From assembly GCA_964522515.1 (NCBI GenBank), contig CAZFWC010000002.1, positions 3,865-53,895 on the forward strand: a stretch of DNA of 50,031 bases, in the 5' to 3' direction. Both the position numbers and the translations under genes were made by a program. Every line of letters starts with the position of its first letter. The first letter of the stretch is position 1. Of this stretch, positions 19,102 to 31,189 are shown in pieces. The DNA comes from an uncultured Gammaproteobacteria bacterium (GTDB lineage: Bacteria; Patescibacteriota; Patescibacteriia; UBA2196). The notes beneath the pieces were generated by a model. That model saw only the letters and a program-made list of their open reading frames with translations. It searched no databases and had not been told where the DNA came from.

Positions 19102-19599
19102 TTAAAATATTTTATTAACAACTAATTCTCGTTGCATTATTATTATCAAATCTCCAACTTTTTTATCCAACAATAAATTGCCAAGAGGTGACTGTGGAGT
19201 AATAATTGTTATTTTATTATTTAAATTATAATTTTCAATTACTTTCCCGCCACCCACAGGAAAAATAAAATAAATTTTTTCTTGTGAGTTGTGTGTTGTT
19301 TCAATTAATGAACCAATAATAATTTTCTTTTGAGTTGAGTCTTTTATTTTATAATCTTTTAAAATTTCTAATCCTTTTTCTAATTCTATGATTTGTTCGT
19401 ATAAATTACTTGCCAAGCAACTGTATTGACTCTTGGAAACATCACTGTGTGATTGCATTGCTCCTGGCGCTTCAACAGCAGCTTGTTTTGTTTGCTCAAG
19501 CTGTATTTTTGTATTTCTCAAATCATCTTCTAATCTTTGTTGAAGTGATCGAAGCAAATCTTTTTTAATCAAAATAATTTGATCATCTTCTAATTTCAT
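19102..19599 (-). CDS. GreA/GreB-like elongation factor domain protein
   Basis: Coiled-coil N-terminus; IIIGSLI...ITPQSPLGNLLLDKKVGD C-terminus. Confidence 0.8.
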   Translation of the reverse strand: MKLEDDQIILIKKDLLRSLQQRLEDDLRNTKIQLEQTKQAAVEAPGAMQSHSDVSKSQYSCLASNLYEQIIELEKGLEILKDYKIKDSTQKKIIIGSLIETTHNSQEKIYFIFPVGGGKVIENYNLNNKITIITPQSPLGNLLLDKKVGDLIIIMQRELVVNKIF

Positions 19600-19649
19600 A
19601 TTTTTTAAATTATAAAATATTTATAAAATATTTTAATCCCTTAATTTCT

Positions 19650-19704
19650 TTACCCTGTGAAATAATTTTTTCTTTGAAAAAATTGCTTTGCATTTCACAG
19701 GGTG
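19650..19704 (-). repeat. Family D element (55 bp), copy 2
   Basis: Same ends, length and host tract as 879-933. Confidence 0.85.
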
Positions 19705-19719
19705 AATTTCTCAATTTCT

Positions 19720-20163
19720 TCAGGCATTTTTTTGTTGTTTTACATCTTTCTTAATAGTAAACCAATGAAAAATCCAAAGCGGAAATCCAATTAAAATTAA
19801 AGAAATTGCAGTTGACGCTTGACGTTGACGATTACGAATTATAAATTCATTTGGATCTTGATTTTTTTCTTTTTCCTGCCAACTTTTATAATCAACCAAC
19901 CAATTATTAATTTGTTCTTTCTGCGTTTTGGTTAATTCACATTTGTCACTGCAAATTTTTAATTCTTCAACAGATTGTAAATCAGGATCTTTTAAATAAA
20001 GAGTAGCTGGGCGACCAATATAATTGTCCTGCAAATCAGCCTTAGTAAAAATCCAAGTTTTTAAACCTAAATTAATAATCATTGAACAGCCAATTACTAA
20101 CATTCCTAAACCAACTAAAGCAAAAAGGTAAAGATAAATTGTGCGAATGATTGGATTTTTCAT
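19720..20163 (-). CDS. Membrane protein (DUF5671-like)
   Basis: IRTIYLYLFALVGL...LIGFPLWIFHW; start at MKNP, since the upstream extension is repeat-derived. Confidence 0.75.
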   Translation of the reverse strand: MKNPIIRTIYLYLFALVGLGMLVIGCSMIINLGLKTWIFTKADLQDNYIGRPATLYLKDPDLQSVEELKICSDKCELTKTQKEQINNWLVDYKSWQEKEKNQDPNEFIIRNRQRQASTAISLILIGFPLWIFHWFTIKKDVKQQKNA

Positions 20164-20172
20164 ATTAATTTC

Positions 20173-20351
20173 TCCACCTCCGCTCGTTAGCAACTCTTTG
20201 TTGCTACGGCGCCTGTCCGCCGTAGCCTTTGGCAAAGGAGGAGATAAATTTTTAATGCTTTTTAAAAAAATTTTAAATTAAAATTTTTTTAAAAAGAACT
20301 AGGAGCCTGTCCGCCGAAGTGTTAAAAGATTTTTTAGAGAACGAAGGCGGA
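20173..20351. repeat. Cluster of family A elements (A nested in A, plus a facing copy at 20306-20351)
   Basis: Inner CCTGTCCGCCGTAG...GGAGGA at 20212-20242 interrupts an outer ...CTACGGCG|GATAAA. Confidence 0.85.
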
Positions 20352-20774
20352 TCAGGTAATTGTAATTCCCATTTGTCTTGCTGTACCTTTAATAATTTTC
20401 ATTGCAGATTCAACATCATTTGCATTTAAATCTGGCATTTTAATTTCAGCAATTTCTTTAATTTGCGCTTCAGTAATTGTTCCAACTTTATCAATATTTG
20501 GTTTGCCAGAACCTTTTTTAATTTTTGCTACTTTTTTTAACAATTCTGCGGCTGGCGGAGTTTTTAATTTAAAATCAAAACTACGATCTTCAAAAACAAA
20601 AATTTCAACTGGAATAATATCTCCCATTTTATCTTTTGTTGCATCATTAAATTTTGTGCAAAATTCTTGAATATTAAGACCGTGCTGACCCAAAGCAGGA
20701 CCAACAGGAGGAGCTGGATTTGCTTGCCCAGCTTTGATTTGTAATTTTATTGTTGTTTTAATTTCTTTAGCCAT
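20352..20774 (-). CDS. rplK: 50S ribosomal protein L11
   Basis: [18 protein letters not shown]. Confidence 0.98.
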   Translation of the reverse strand: MAKEIKTTIKLQIKAGQANPAPPVGPALGQHGLNIQEFCTKFNDATKDKMGDIIPVEIFVFEDRSFDFKLKTPPAAELLKKVAKIKKGSGKPNIDKVGTITEAQIKEIAEIKMPDLNANDVESAMKIIKGTARQMGITIT

Positions 20775-20783
20775 ACGAGTTTT

Positions 20784-20929
20784 TCCGCCTTCGCCCCCAA
20801 CAACTCTACTGGACTACGGCGGATAAATTTCTAGTTCAGTTTTAAATTTTTTTAAATTAAAAAAATTTAAAACTGCATTTAGATCCTGTCCGCCGTAGTC
20901 CAATAAGATTTTTTAGGGGCGAAGGCGGA
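20784..20929. repeat. Inverted pair of family A elements around an AT palindrome (REPIN/BIME-like)
   Basis: Copies at 20784-20825 (+) and 20885-20929 (-); central CAGTTTTAAATTTTTT...AAAAAATTTAAAACTG. Confidence 0.85.
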
Positions 20930-20937
20930 TAGGGCGA

Positions 20938-21483
20938 TTATATTTTCTTAACTTGTAAAAAATCTAAATCAACTGGGGTTTCACGACCAAACATTGATAC
21001 TAAAACTTTTACGCGACCACGAGCTTCATCAATTTCTGAAACCTTTGCATCCATTTCTTTAAACGGCCCATCTGTAACTTTAACAGCTGAACCAATTGAA
21101 ATATCAATTTTATATTTTGGCTCTTCAACGCCCATTCGTTTTTGCAATTCTTGAATTTCTGCTTCTGAAACAGCAGTTGGAGTTGTGCCAGCGCCGATAA
21201 AACCAGTTACATTTGGCGTGTTGCGAACCACATACCACGAAGCGTCGTCAACCACCATTTCAACCATAACATATCCTGGATAAATTTTTTCTTCAACAAC
21301 TTTGCGACGACCATTTTTAATTTTAATCTTTTTTTCTTTTGGTACAAGCACTTGAAAAATTTTATCTTGCATATCTAAAGAATCAATCCTTTGTTCAAGA
21401 TTGTATTTTACATTTTCTTCATAACCAGAATAAGTATGAATTGCGTACCATCTTTTGCCTTGTTGTAAGGTTTGTTTTGCCAT
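20938..21483 (-). CDS. nusG: Transcription termination/antitermination factor NusG
   Basis: WYAIHTYSGYE, YPGYV, KOW motif, FGRETPV. Confidence 0.98.
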   Translation of the reverse strand: MAKQTLQQGKRWYAIHTYSGYEENVKYNLEQRIDSLDMQDKIFQVLVPKEKKIKIKNGRRKVVEEKIYPGYVMVEMVVDDASWYVVRNTPNVTGFIGAGTTPTAVSEAEIQELQKRMGVEEPKYKIDISIGSAVKVTDGPFKEMDAKVSEIDEARGRVKVLVSMFGRETPVDLDFLQVKKI

Positions 21484-21494
21484 AAATTCGTTTC

Positions 21495-21597
21495 TCCGCC
21501 TTTGCCCCTAACAACTCTACTGGACTACGGCGGATACCTGTCTAGCTGACAGGCAGGAACTCTTAATGTTTTTTTTAGAGTTGAAGCGAAGGAGGAT
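21495..21597. repeat. Family A element with nested 21-bp family C element (21537-21557) and a facing partial A
   Basis: ...CTACGGCGGATA|CCTGTCTAGCTGACAGGCAGG|AACTCT. Confidence 0.8.
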
Positions 21598-21782
21598 TAA
21601 GCGAGTATTATTTCAATAATTTTACTTAATCCAAAATCAACTATTCCAAGAAAAAGCGCGACACCTAATGAAAAACCAATCACAAGTAGCGTGTAATTTC
21701 TAGTTTGCTTTTTACTTGGCCAAACTACTTTCTTAAGTTCTCGTTTCGAAGCTTTAATATAATTTATTAATTTATTTAACAT
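21597..21782 (-). CDS. secE: Preprotein translocase subunit SecE
   Basis: ELKKVVWPS motif plus one TM segment; directly upstream of nusG. Confidence 0.95.
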   Translation of the reverse strand: MLNKLINYIKASKRELKKVVWPSKKQTRNYTLLVIGFSLGVALFLGIVDFGLSKIIEIILA

Positions 21783-21873
21783 ATTTTTATTTAAAAACAG
21801 CCTTTTCGGCTTCTGTGAATATCTTAACACAGAGTTAATTTTTTGGCAAATTTTTAAACTAGTTTTAGATTAA

Positions 21874-22290
21874 TTACTTAAAATACTCTCTTCCCTTCCC
21901 TAATAATTCTCTAAACATATCAACACTATCAATTAATTCCTGATTACTTGATTTACATTTTTCAGGTTCTTTGCTTCTTTCTTCTTGTAACATTTTATAC
22001 ATCTCATCTATCTCGCTCATCGGCAAGTTTTCTTTTGATACATCCGGATCTCGCAAGATTTCATTATTAGCTTTTTCAAATATCTTTTTGGCTGTAAGAT
22101 ATAGTTCATTAGTTGGTTCATCGTATCGTGGGTTGAGTTCTTGATGAAGAAAAATCCTAAGCCCTATTTTTAAACTTTTTATAGCGTGCCAAGCTGAGGA
22201 TTTTTCTACCTGCTGATTAAATTCTAATTTAGACACATCTGGATTAGGAGCTAAAATTTTTTGCATTAATTCTGTTGATTCAAAAGGCAT
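21874..22290 (-). CDS. Hypothetical protein
   Basis: 138-aa ORF, no motif recognised. Confidence 0.7.
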   Translation of the reverse strand: MPFESTELMQKILAPNPDVSKLEFNQQVEKSSAWHAIKSLKIGLRIFLHQELNPRYDEPTNELYLTAKKIFEKANNEILRDPDVSKENLPMSEIDEMYKMLQEERSKEPEKCKSSNQELIDSVDMFRELLGKGREYFK

Positions 22291-22332
22291 AGTTTTTATT
22301 TTTAATTTTCACAAAAATTATTAATTTTAATT

Positions 22333-22380
22333 ACGGGATCCTTCGCTTCTAAAAAACTATGAAAGTCGCTCAGGACAGGC
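22333..22380 (+). repeat. Family B element after gyrB
   Basis: ACGGGATCCTTCGC...GTCGCTCAGGACAGGC. Confidence 0.85.
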
Positions 22381-22384
22381 TGAA

Positions 22385-24493
<2,109 letters not shown>

Positions 24494-24526
24494 TTAAACC
24501 TTGGGCTGTTTTTTTATAAAAAATTC

Positions 24527-24859
24527 TTATTTGATCTCAACCCCAGTTTTTTTTATTTCATAAACCAAAGGATCTTCATCAATAAAATCTTTTAGCGGAT
24601 AGCCGACTGGTTCAATTCCACGCAAAACATCAATTTTCCTTCTTTTGCTCCACAAATAATCAAAAGCATCCCAGCGACTTTTAAATTTTGGTGATACAAT
24701 GCAAACATCAATATCACTCCCTTTTTTATAATTACCATTAACTCTTGAACCATAAAAATAAATTCTTTCAATAGGCAAACTATCCTCTCTTAAAAGAGAA
24801 ATATATTCTTTAATAAACTTTTTTGTTTTAATTATTTGTTGATTTCCTTTTTTAACCAT
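24527..24859 (-). CDS. Minimal nucleotidyltransferase (MNT) antitoxin
   Basis: YGSRVNG...SDIDV motif. Confidence 0.9.
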   Translation of the reverse strand: MVKKGNQQIIKTKKFIKEYISLLREDSLPIERIYFYGSRVNGNYKKGSDIDVCIVSPKFKSRWDAFDYLWSKRRKIDVLRGIEPVGYPLKDFIDEDPLVYEIKKTGVEIK

Positions 24860-25249
24860 AAGATTAATTTTTTAGTAATATTAAAATACTTATCACAATA
24901 TTTTTTATCAATTGATTTGTAAAATCTAAATTTAAATTCCGGATATCTTGATTCTAAATTAAATTTAGTAATGGTTTGTAAATATTTTTTTACTTCTGCA
25001 TCTATTTCTAACTTTGCCAATTCTGCTAATCTTTCTAAATCATGAGCATAAGGAGAAGGTTTATTTGTTATTTTAACAATTAATGCCTTTAATAAACATT
25101 CTAAACCCAAATGACAAAAGAAAAGACAGTCAGAATAACGTTTTGACTTATAAATCAGAATAACGTTTTGACTTATAAAGATGAGTAGCAGTTTTTTGTT
25201 TTTCTTCAAAATTTTTTAGCCAATAATTTTTAAGAGAATTTATATTCAT
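24832..25249 (-). pseudogene. HEPN-domain protein frameshifted by a 25-bp tandem duplication
   Basis: Removing one copy of 25130-25154/25155-25179 gives a 130-aa ORF MNINSLKNYW...FFCHLGLECLLKA...HDL...SRYP. Confidence 0.85.
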
Positions 25250-25306
25250 AAATTATATTTTTTATGGTTTAATTTTAGCTTAAAAATGGATTTGTGTCAA
25301 AATAAA

Positions 25307-27808
25307 TTAACTTCTTAACTTTGCATTAAATTTATTTTCTAATAATTTTATAATTTTATTTTCAACAACTTCAACTTCTTTATCTTTTAAAGTTCTGCTT
25401 GCTTGATAAACAATTCTAAACGCTACAGATTTTTTACCTGTTTCGCCGACAGATAAGTTTCCTAAGTCAAATTCTGAAAGAAATTCTATTTTATTAAAAA
25501 TATCATCTTGAATTTGTTTTAAAATTTCATTTTTTATATTTTGCCATTTAATTTCCCAATCAATTTCAATTGCTAAATCTCGCTCAATTAATGGAAATTG
25601 AGGAAGTTGTTTAAATTTTTTCACACCATCAATACTAGATACTAATTTTTCAAAATTAATCTCAAACAAACCAATTTCTTTATTCTTAATTTTAAAATTT
25701 AAAACTCCCAACCATCCAATTTGCTTTTCATTAACAAAAACCTGCAAAATTTTATTTTCATCTAAAAAAGACAAAGTCTTTCCAATTCTTAAATCGTAAA
25801 CCTTAAATCGTAAATCTTTTAAAATGCCTTCAACAATTCCTTTTATTTCTAAAAACAAATCTTCCTTTTCGCCAACAACAACTCCTGCGAACATTTTTGG
25901 TTGCTCTGGCAAAATATCCTCATCAAAATTTTTATTTTTACTTTGTTTAAAAACTCGCGCTAATTCAAATAATTTAAATTCAGAAAAATATCTTAAATTG
26001 TCTTGAACATTTTTAATTAAATTTGGAATTAAACTTGTTTGCAAAAATCTGTTTTCCTGAGCTGGTGGATTTTCTACTTCAACAAAATTAACAAAATCTA
26101 ATCCTAGACTTTTCAAAATCTTTTCATCAGCCCACGAATAATTAAAAACTTCATTCATTTTACAACCAAGTGACAAATAATTTTTTATTTTATTTTCCAA
26201 ATCAAACTCTGGCTGATATTTTGCTTTATCCATTTCAATCATTTCAACTTTTTCTTTTAAATTATCAAAACCATAAATTCTTGCAACCTCTTCCACAATA
26301 TCTTCTGGAATTGAAACATCTCCAGTTGCCCGCCAACTTGGAACTTTTATTTTATATAAAATATCATCATTGACTTTTGACTTTTGACTTTTGACTTTTA
26401 ATTTAACATCAAATCCAAGTCTCTCTAAAATTTCTAGAATCTGATCTGAATCTATTTTTTGCCCAATCTTTTTTTCTAAAAATTTATGCTCTACTTTAAT
26501 ATTAATTTCTTTTTGTTTAATTGGAAATTCATCAACTAATTCAACAATCTCAGCTTGCGGGATAATTTCTTTAATTAATTTTAACATTCTTAACATTGAA
26601 ATTTCTGCAAAATTTACATCAAGATTTTTTTCAAAACGAACTGAAGCTTCAGTTCTTAATCCTAATTTTTGTGAAGTTTTTCTAATATTTTTTGCGTTAA
26701 AAGTTGCAGATTCTAAAATAATTTCTGTTGTACTTTTTTTAACTTCAGAATTTGCTCCACCAATAATTCCAGCTAAAGCAATTGGTTTTTCTGCGTCAGC
26801 AACAACTAACATTTCTTCATCTAATTTTCTTTCTTCTTCATCTAAAGTTTTTATTTGCTCGTTATTTTTCGCAGTTCTAATAATTATCTGTATTTTATCA
26901 ATTTTTTTATCTGCGTGAATCAGTGTTTTGTCAAAAGCGTGCGTTGGCTGACCAACATCTTGCATCACATAATTTGTAATATCTACAATATTATTTATTG
27001 ATCTTGAACCAACTGATTCTAATCTTTTCATCAACCAATCTGGAGATTTTTCAATTTTAATATTTTTCACAACACAACCAATGTATCTTGAGCACAAATT
27101 TTTATCTAAAATATTTATTTTTAAATTTTGATCTTTAATATTTAAATTTATTTTGGATTTTGGATTTTGGATTTTGGATTTATCAAAAAGCTCTAGCTTT
27201 TTTAATGGTATTTTATAAATCGCGGAAAGTTCTCTTGCAATTCCAAAATGCGACCACAAATCCGGACGATTTGTTAAAGATTTATTTTCAATTTCAATAA
27301 TTACATCATCAAATCCTAAAACTTGCGCTAAATTTTGCCCTGGTTTTATTTTTTTTAATTCAGACAAATCTAAAATCTCCATTTCACCACACGAAAATTG
27401 ATTTTCAATTCCTATTTCATTTGGCGCGCAAATCATTCCAAAACTTTCTTGCCCGCGAATTTTAGCTTTTTCTAAAACAACAGACTCGCCCTCGCCGTGC
27501 CAACGAATTTTTGCCCCAGGCAAAGCAACCGCAACAAACATTTTTTCTTTTAAATTTGTTCCTCCACAAATAATCTGAACAGATTTATTTTTTCCAATTT
27601 CAGTTACTGCAATTTTTAATTTGTCCGCGTTTGGATGTTTTTTTAATTTCAAAATTTTTCCAACCACAATATTTTCAAACTCTTCAGCTTGATTTTTTAT
27701 TGATTCAACTTCAACAGTTGACATTGTTAAATCCTCTGCTAATTTTTTAGCAGTTAAATTTTTTGGTAAATCAATGTAATCTTTTAGCCAATTTAATGAA
27801 ATGTACAT
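25307..27808 (-). CDS. pheT: Phenylalanine-tRNA ligase beta subunit
   Basis: ISLNWL, KHPNADKL, NRPDLWSHFGIARE, EEVARIYG. Confidence 0.97.
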   Translation of the reverse strand: MYISLNWLKDYIDLPKNLTAKKLAEDLTMSTVEVESIKNQAEEFENIVVGKILKLKKHPNADKLKIAVTEIGKNKSVQIICGGTNLKEKMFVAVALPGAKIRWHGEGESVVLEKAKIRGQESFGMICAPNEIGIENQFSCGEMEILDLSELKKIKPGQNLAQVLGFDDVIIEIENKSLTNRPDLWSHFGIARELSAIYKIPLKKLELFDKSKIQNPKSKINLNIKDQNLKINILDKNLCSRYIGCVVKNIKIEKSPDWLMKRLESVGSRSINNIVDITNYVMQDVGQPTHAFDKTLIHADKKIDKIQIIIRTAKNNEQIKTLDEEERKLDEEMLVVADAEKPIALAGIIGGANSEVKKSTTEIILESATFNAKNIRKTSQKLGLRTEASVRFEKNLDVNFAEISMLRMLKLIKEIIPQAEIVELVDEFPIKQKEINIKVEHKFLEKKIGQKIDSDQILEILERLGFDVKLKVKSQKSKVNDDILYKIKVPSWRATGDVSIPEDIVEEVARIYGFDNLKEKVEMIEMDKAKYQPEFDLENKIKNYLSLGCKMNEVFNYSWADEKILKSLGLDFVNFVEVENPPAQENRFLQTSLIPNLIKNVQDNLRYFSEFKLFELARVFKQSKNKNFDEDILPEQPKMFAGVVVGEKEDLFLEIKGIVEGILKDLRFKVYDLRIGKTLSFLDENKILQVFVNEKQIGWLGVLNFKIKNKEIGLFEINFEKLVSSIDGVKKFKQLPQFPLIERDLAIEIDWEIKWQNIKNEILKQIQDDIFNKIEFLSEFDLGNLSVGETGKKSVAFRIVYQASRTLKDKEVEVVENKIIKLLENKFNAKLRS
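25437..25457. repeat. Degenerate family C element (21 bp), in frame in pheT
   Basis: Adds LSVGETG; removal gives DLGNKKSVAFR. Confidence 0.65.
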
Positions 27809-27818
27809 ATATTTTTTA

Positions 27819-27903
27819 TAGCACACGAATTACCAGAATTACCCAAAATTTTCACGAATTAAAATTCTGGTTTATTCTGGTCATTCTGGAAATTCGTGTG
27901 CTA
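27819..27903. mobile_element. 85-bp MITE-like element, family E copy 2
   Basis: Reverse complement matches 1493-1577 with about 6 mismatches. Confidence 0.8.
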
Positions 27904-27907
27904 TTTT

Positions 27908-28816
27908 TTATAAATTTTTTAATATCTCAAATATCGCATTTCCCTGTCTTGCCCAATCACTTCCCCATCTTGAACTTCCTTCAACAGCAATAAAATGAAT
28001 TTTATTTTCTCGCGCCCAATCTGACGCTCCACCATCTAAATTCATATCAAAGCGTTTTTTAAATTTAGAATACTTATTATAAATTCTTGCCCAATTTTCA
28101 GCAACTTTATCGTCTTTATTAATCATCACATCTTTTCCAACATTGTGCAACATTATTAAATTTTGAATATTTTCTTTTTTTATAAAATTTATTAAACTTT
28201 TAGTTTCTAATTCTGACGCGCCAAATTCTCCGCAAAAAACTTCTTGTGATTTTTCTGAATAATTTTTTCCTGTTTTCCAAACTGATTTTGATTGAAAATT
28301 TTTAGTAGGAAAATTACGATTTAAATCAACATTATTTGAATTAAACCGTCCAACTTTTCCACGATAAAAATAATCTGGATTTTTAATTGCTTTTGTGTAA
28401 CCGTCAATATTTAAAACTGGAATAATAAATAATTCTATATTTAAATTTTTATCTGTTGGCTCCAGTCTCTTGGCTGGAGCCTTATTGAAATAATAATTAA
28501 CAATCTTCTTAGCCAACTTCACAGTCCCAACTTCATTTCCGTGAATTCCTCCCACGATTAATATTTTTTTTATCCTGTCCTGAGGAGCAGGTCTTTTAGA
28601 GTTTGCGACGAAGGATCCCGTGGAAGTAATAAAAATAATTTTGTAACAAAAAATATTTCTTCCTCCAACACTTTTCCCAACAACAATCCCAAGTCCTCGA
28701 GATTCAATTTCAGAATTTATTTTTTCACATTTATCAAAAGTATTGTGAAAAATCCCAATCAATCCTCGATAAATCGTTCCACCAATATAATATATTTTTT
28801 TAATTATTTTTTTCAT
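27908..28816 (-). CDS. M14 zinc carboxypeptidase (MpaA-like)
   Basis: GGIHGNE, IPVLNIDG, VDLNRNFP. Carries two in-frame repeat inserts (28454-28483 and 28572-28624). Confidence 0.9.
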   Translation of the reverse strand: MKKIIKKIYYIGGTIYRGLIGIFHNTFDKCEKINSEIESRGLGIVVGKSVGGRNIFCYKIIFITSTGSFVANSKRPAPQDRIKKILIVGGIHGNEVGTVKLAKKIVNYYFNKAPAKRLEPTDKNLNIELFIIPVLNIDGYTKAIKNPDYFYRGKVGRFNSNNVDLNRNFPTKNFQSKSVWKTGKNYSEKSQEVFCGEFGASELETKSLINFIKKENIQNLIMLHNVGKDVMINKDDKVAENWARIYNKYSKFKKRFDMNLDGGASDWARENKIHFIAVEGSSRWGSDWARQGNAIFEILKNL

Positions 28817-28821
28817 ATTTA

Positions 28822-29592
28822 CTAAAATTTTTTTATTTCTCCATAATAAGCTAGCTTTTTTGAATTTGAAAAATATCTTGCCAACTGATCACCACGGGAA
28901 AAATGCCAATATTCAAAAGGATGAGCAACAAATAATTTATCTTTTGATAATACAATTGGCGCGCACAAAACATTATACAAAATTCTGCGATATTCTAAAA
29001 TTTCCTTTTCTTGTTTTGTTAATTTTTTTACTTTCTCAATGCCAAAAATTGTAATATCTTTTCTAAATCTTAAATTTACAAAATCTTTTTTCTTTAAATT
29101 ATATAAAGTTAAATCAATTGCTCCACCTGTTGAATGAGGAAAAGGATGGGTTTTACTTCTTTCTTCTGGTTGAGCAAACAATTGTTTTTGGCTTTCGCCG
29201 CCTTTTTTTGTGTAAAATTCAATTGCTGACAGTTGGATGTAATAATTTCTGTATCCACTTTTTAAATACAAAGCTAAACCAAATTGTCGCAAATAATCAT
29301 CAACTTTTTTTAAATCTTCTGCAACACTTTTTCGCAAATAAATATTTTTCTTTAAATATTTTTTAAATTTATTAAAAGGTTTTTTGTTGCGAAAATTATA
29401 ATAATATGATTCTCCCATTAATCCTAATTTTTGACAATCAACTAATTTTTCTTTATATAATTTGTGTTTTGTATCTAATTTTCTTTTTTTTAATTTATTA
29501 TTAACTTCAAATCTATTTTCAAAATATCTAAAATTAGCAACCCATTTTGGAATTTTAATTGGAGTAGATTTAATTTTATTTAATTCATTCAT
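28822..29592 (-). CDS. D-alanyl-D-alanine dipeptidase family (M15D, VanX-like)
   Basis: SGYR, PHSTGGAIDLTL and EYWHFS motifs. Confidence 0.9.
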   Translation of the reverse strand: MNELNKIKSTPIKIPKWVANFRYFENRFEVNNKLKKRKLDTKHKLYKEKLVDCQKLGLMGESYYYNFRNKKPFNKFKKYLKKNIYLRKSVAEDLKKVDDYLRQFGLALYLKSGYRNYYIQLSAIEFYTKKGGESQKQLFAQPEERSKTHPFPHSTGGAIDLTLYNLKKKDFVNLRFRKDITIFGIEKVKKLTKQEKEILEYRRILYNVLCAPIVLSKDKLFVAHPFEYWHFSRGDQLARYFSNSKKLAYYGEIKKF

Positions 29593-29605
29593 AAATTTTC
29601 AACAG

Positions 29606-29683
29606 TTGACAAAATAATTGAAAGGTGTAAGATAAAAATATAATTTCTAACATATTTTAACTTAAATAAATGGAGGAATTTAA
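29606..29683 (+). promoter_or_regulatory. Promoter/RBS leader, copy 1
   Basis: TTGACA...TTGAAAGGTGTAAGATAAAAATATAATTTCTAA...TGGAGGAA, shared with 32316-32390. Confidence 0.7.
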
Positions 29684-29938
29684 ATGTTAACTTTTTCAAG
29701 AAAATGGGGTCACAATGTATTAACTGGGACTTCAAATGTGCATCAACTTTCATTTTTGACTTTTGGAGAATTAGCTCCAGATGATGTATTTGTTATTGTA
29801 AAAGGCTACGAAAAATTATCAGCAATTTACAAAAAAGAAAAAAGTGGAGTTTCCAAATTCTTCGGAGGCGAATGGGAAAAAATACATGATTCAACTCCAA
29901 AATCAAATGCTCCTGTCCAAAAAGTTAATTTTAGGTAG
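29684..29938 (+). CDS. Small hypothetical protein
   Basis: GGAGG SD, own promoter, terminator at about 29957-29985. Confidence 0.75.
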   Translation: MLTFSRKWGHNVLTGTSNVHQLSFLTFGELAPDDVFVIVKGYEKLSAIYKKEKSGVSKFFGGEWEKIHDSTPKSNAPVQKVNFR

Positions 29939-30040
29939 GACAGTGTGTTTTTATTAGCCCGAATTTAAAACTCGGGTTTTTTTATTTTTAAATTGTTAAT
30001 TTTAATCCCTTAATTTCTAATTTCTCAATTTCTTTTTAAT

Positions 30041-30095
30041 CCACGGGATCCCATCGCTCCTAACAACCCTTAAGGTCACTCGGGATGACAGGCTG
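30041..30095 (+). repeat. Family B variant after mraY
   Basis: CCACGGGATCCCATCGCTCC...CACTCGGGATGACAGGC. Confidence 0.75.
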
Positions 30096-30100
30096 AAAAA

Positions 30101-31180
30101 TTATAATCCTTTATCAAGTAAATAAATCATCAACGCCACCATTGTTGCCACACCAGTAATCAACCAATACCTCATCACAATTGTTTCATTTTTTATTCCT
30201 TTAAGTTGAAAATGATGATGAATTGGAGCTGCAATAAATAATTTTCTTTTTTGCTCTGACCAACCTTTTTTAATTCCATATTTTCTATAAATCAACTGCC
30301 CAATATCTGATCCAGTTGTTGCAACTAATAAAATTCCCGCAATTGGCAAAAGCAAAATCGCGTTTGTTAAAAACGCAACCACAGTTAAAGTTGTTGTTAA
30401 AGCTAAAATTCCTGTTTCACCTAAATAAAATTTTGCTGGCGGAGCGTTAAACCACAAAAATACCGCTAAAGTTCCTGCAATCATAAAACAAAATGTTGCT
30501 AAATCAACTTGCCCGCGAATAAAAGCAATCACGCCAAACATTAAAAACAATGGAGCAAAAACTCCTCCTGACAATCCGTCAATTCCATCAATAATTCCAG
30601 AAGAAAATACCCCAACCATTGTGATTGCAAAAAGAGGAATGTAAAAACCATTAATATAAAAATCTCCGAAAAACGGAATGTGAATCGTGTCCCAACCCAA
30701 TTTAAAATGAAACCATAAAGCGCCAACAACACCAATTATTAAAACAAGTAAAATTCTTTTTGATAAACTCATTCCACCCCCTAAATATTTTTTCACTTTT
30801 CCTTTTGTTGTTAAAATATCGTCAAACAATCCAAGAACTCCAGCAACTACCAAAGTAAAAAGCGGCAACCAAGTTTCTGCGCGAGTTAAAAAATTTAAAT
30901 TATTAAATAAACTTGGACAAATTTTTTCTAAAATATACATTAAAATTGCTAAAACTAAAACTGTTACCCAAATTAATAATCCACCACCGCGAGGAGTAAA
31001 AATTTTATCATCTTTTTCAATTTTTTTAAAAGTAATTAATTCGTGTCCGTCAGAAGTGTATTTTCTTGATTTTTTTTTCCACAATTTATATTTATTTAAA
31101 ATTCTAACCAAACTCGGCGCCCAAATAAAAGCGCCAACAAATGCGAAAAATGTAAGGATGAATATTTTTGCTACACTCAT
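30101..31180 (-). CDS. mraY: Phospho-N-acetylmuramoyl-pentapeptide transferase family
   Basis: TPRGGG, GLFDD, DGIDGL, FYLGETG, APIHHHF. Confidence 0.88.
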   Translation of the reverse strand: MSVAKIFILTFFAFVGAFIWAPSLVRILNKYKLWKKKSRKYTSDGHELITFKKIEKDDKIFTPRGGGLLIWVTVLVLAILMYILEKICPSLFNNLNFLTRAETWLPLFTLVVAGVLGLFDDILTTKGKVKKYLGGGMSLSKRILLVLIIGVVGALWFHFKLGWDTIHIPFFGDFYINGFYIPLFAITMVGVFSSGIIDGIDGLSGGVFAPLFLMFGVIAFIRGQVDLATFCFMIAGTLAVFLWFNAPPAKFYLGETGILALTTTLTVVAFLTNAILLLPIAGILLVATTGSDIGQLIYRKYGIKKGWSEQKRKLFIAAPIHHHFQLKGIKNETIVMRYWLITGVATMVALMIYLLDKGL

Positions 31181-31189
31181 ATTTTTTTT

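Noticed and set aside
20164..20235. N-terminal ORF extensions such as MPKATADRRR (also 14724-14828 and 27809-27826)
   Set aside because: These are read-through of repeat elements; family-typical starts lie downstream.
20173..21597. Repeat clusters as a CRISPR array
   Set aside because: Copies are dispersed, inverted and nested, with no regular repeat-spacer period and no cas genes.
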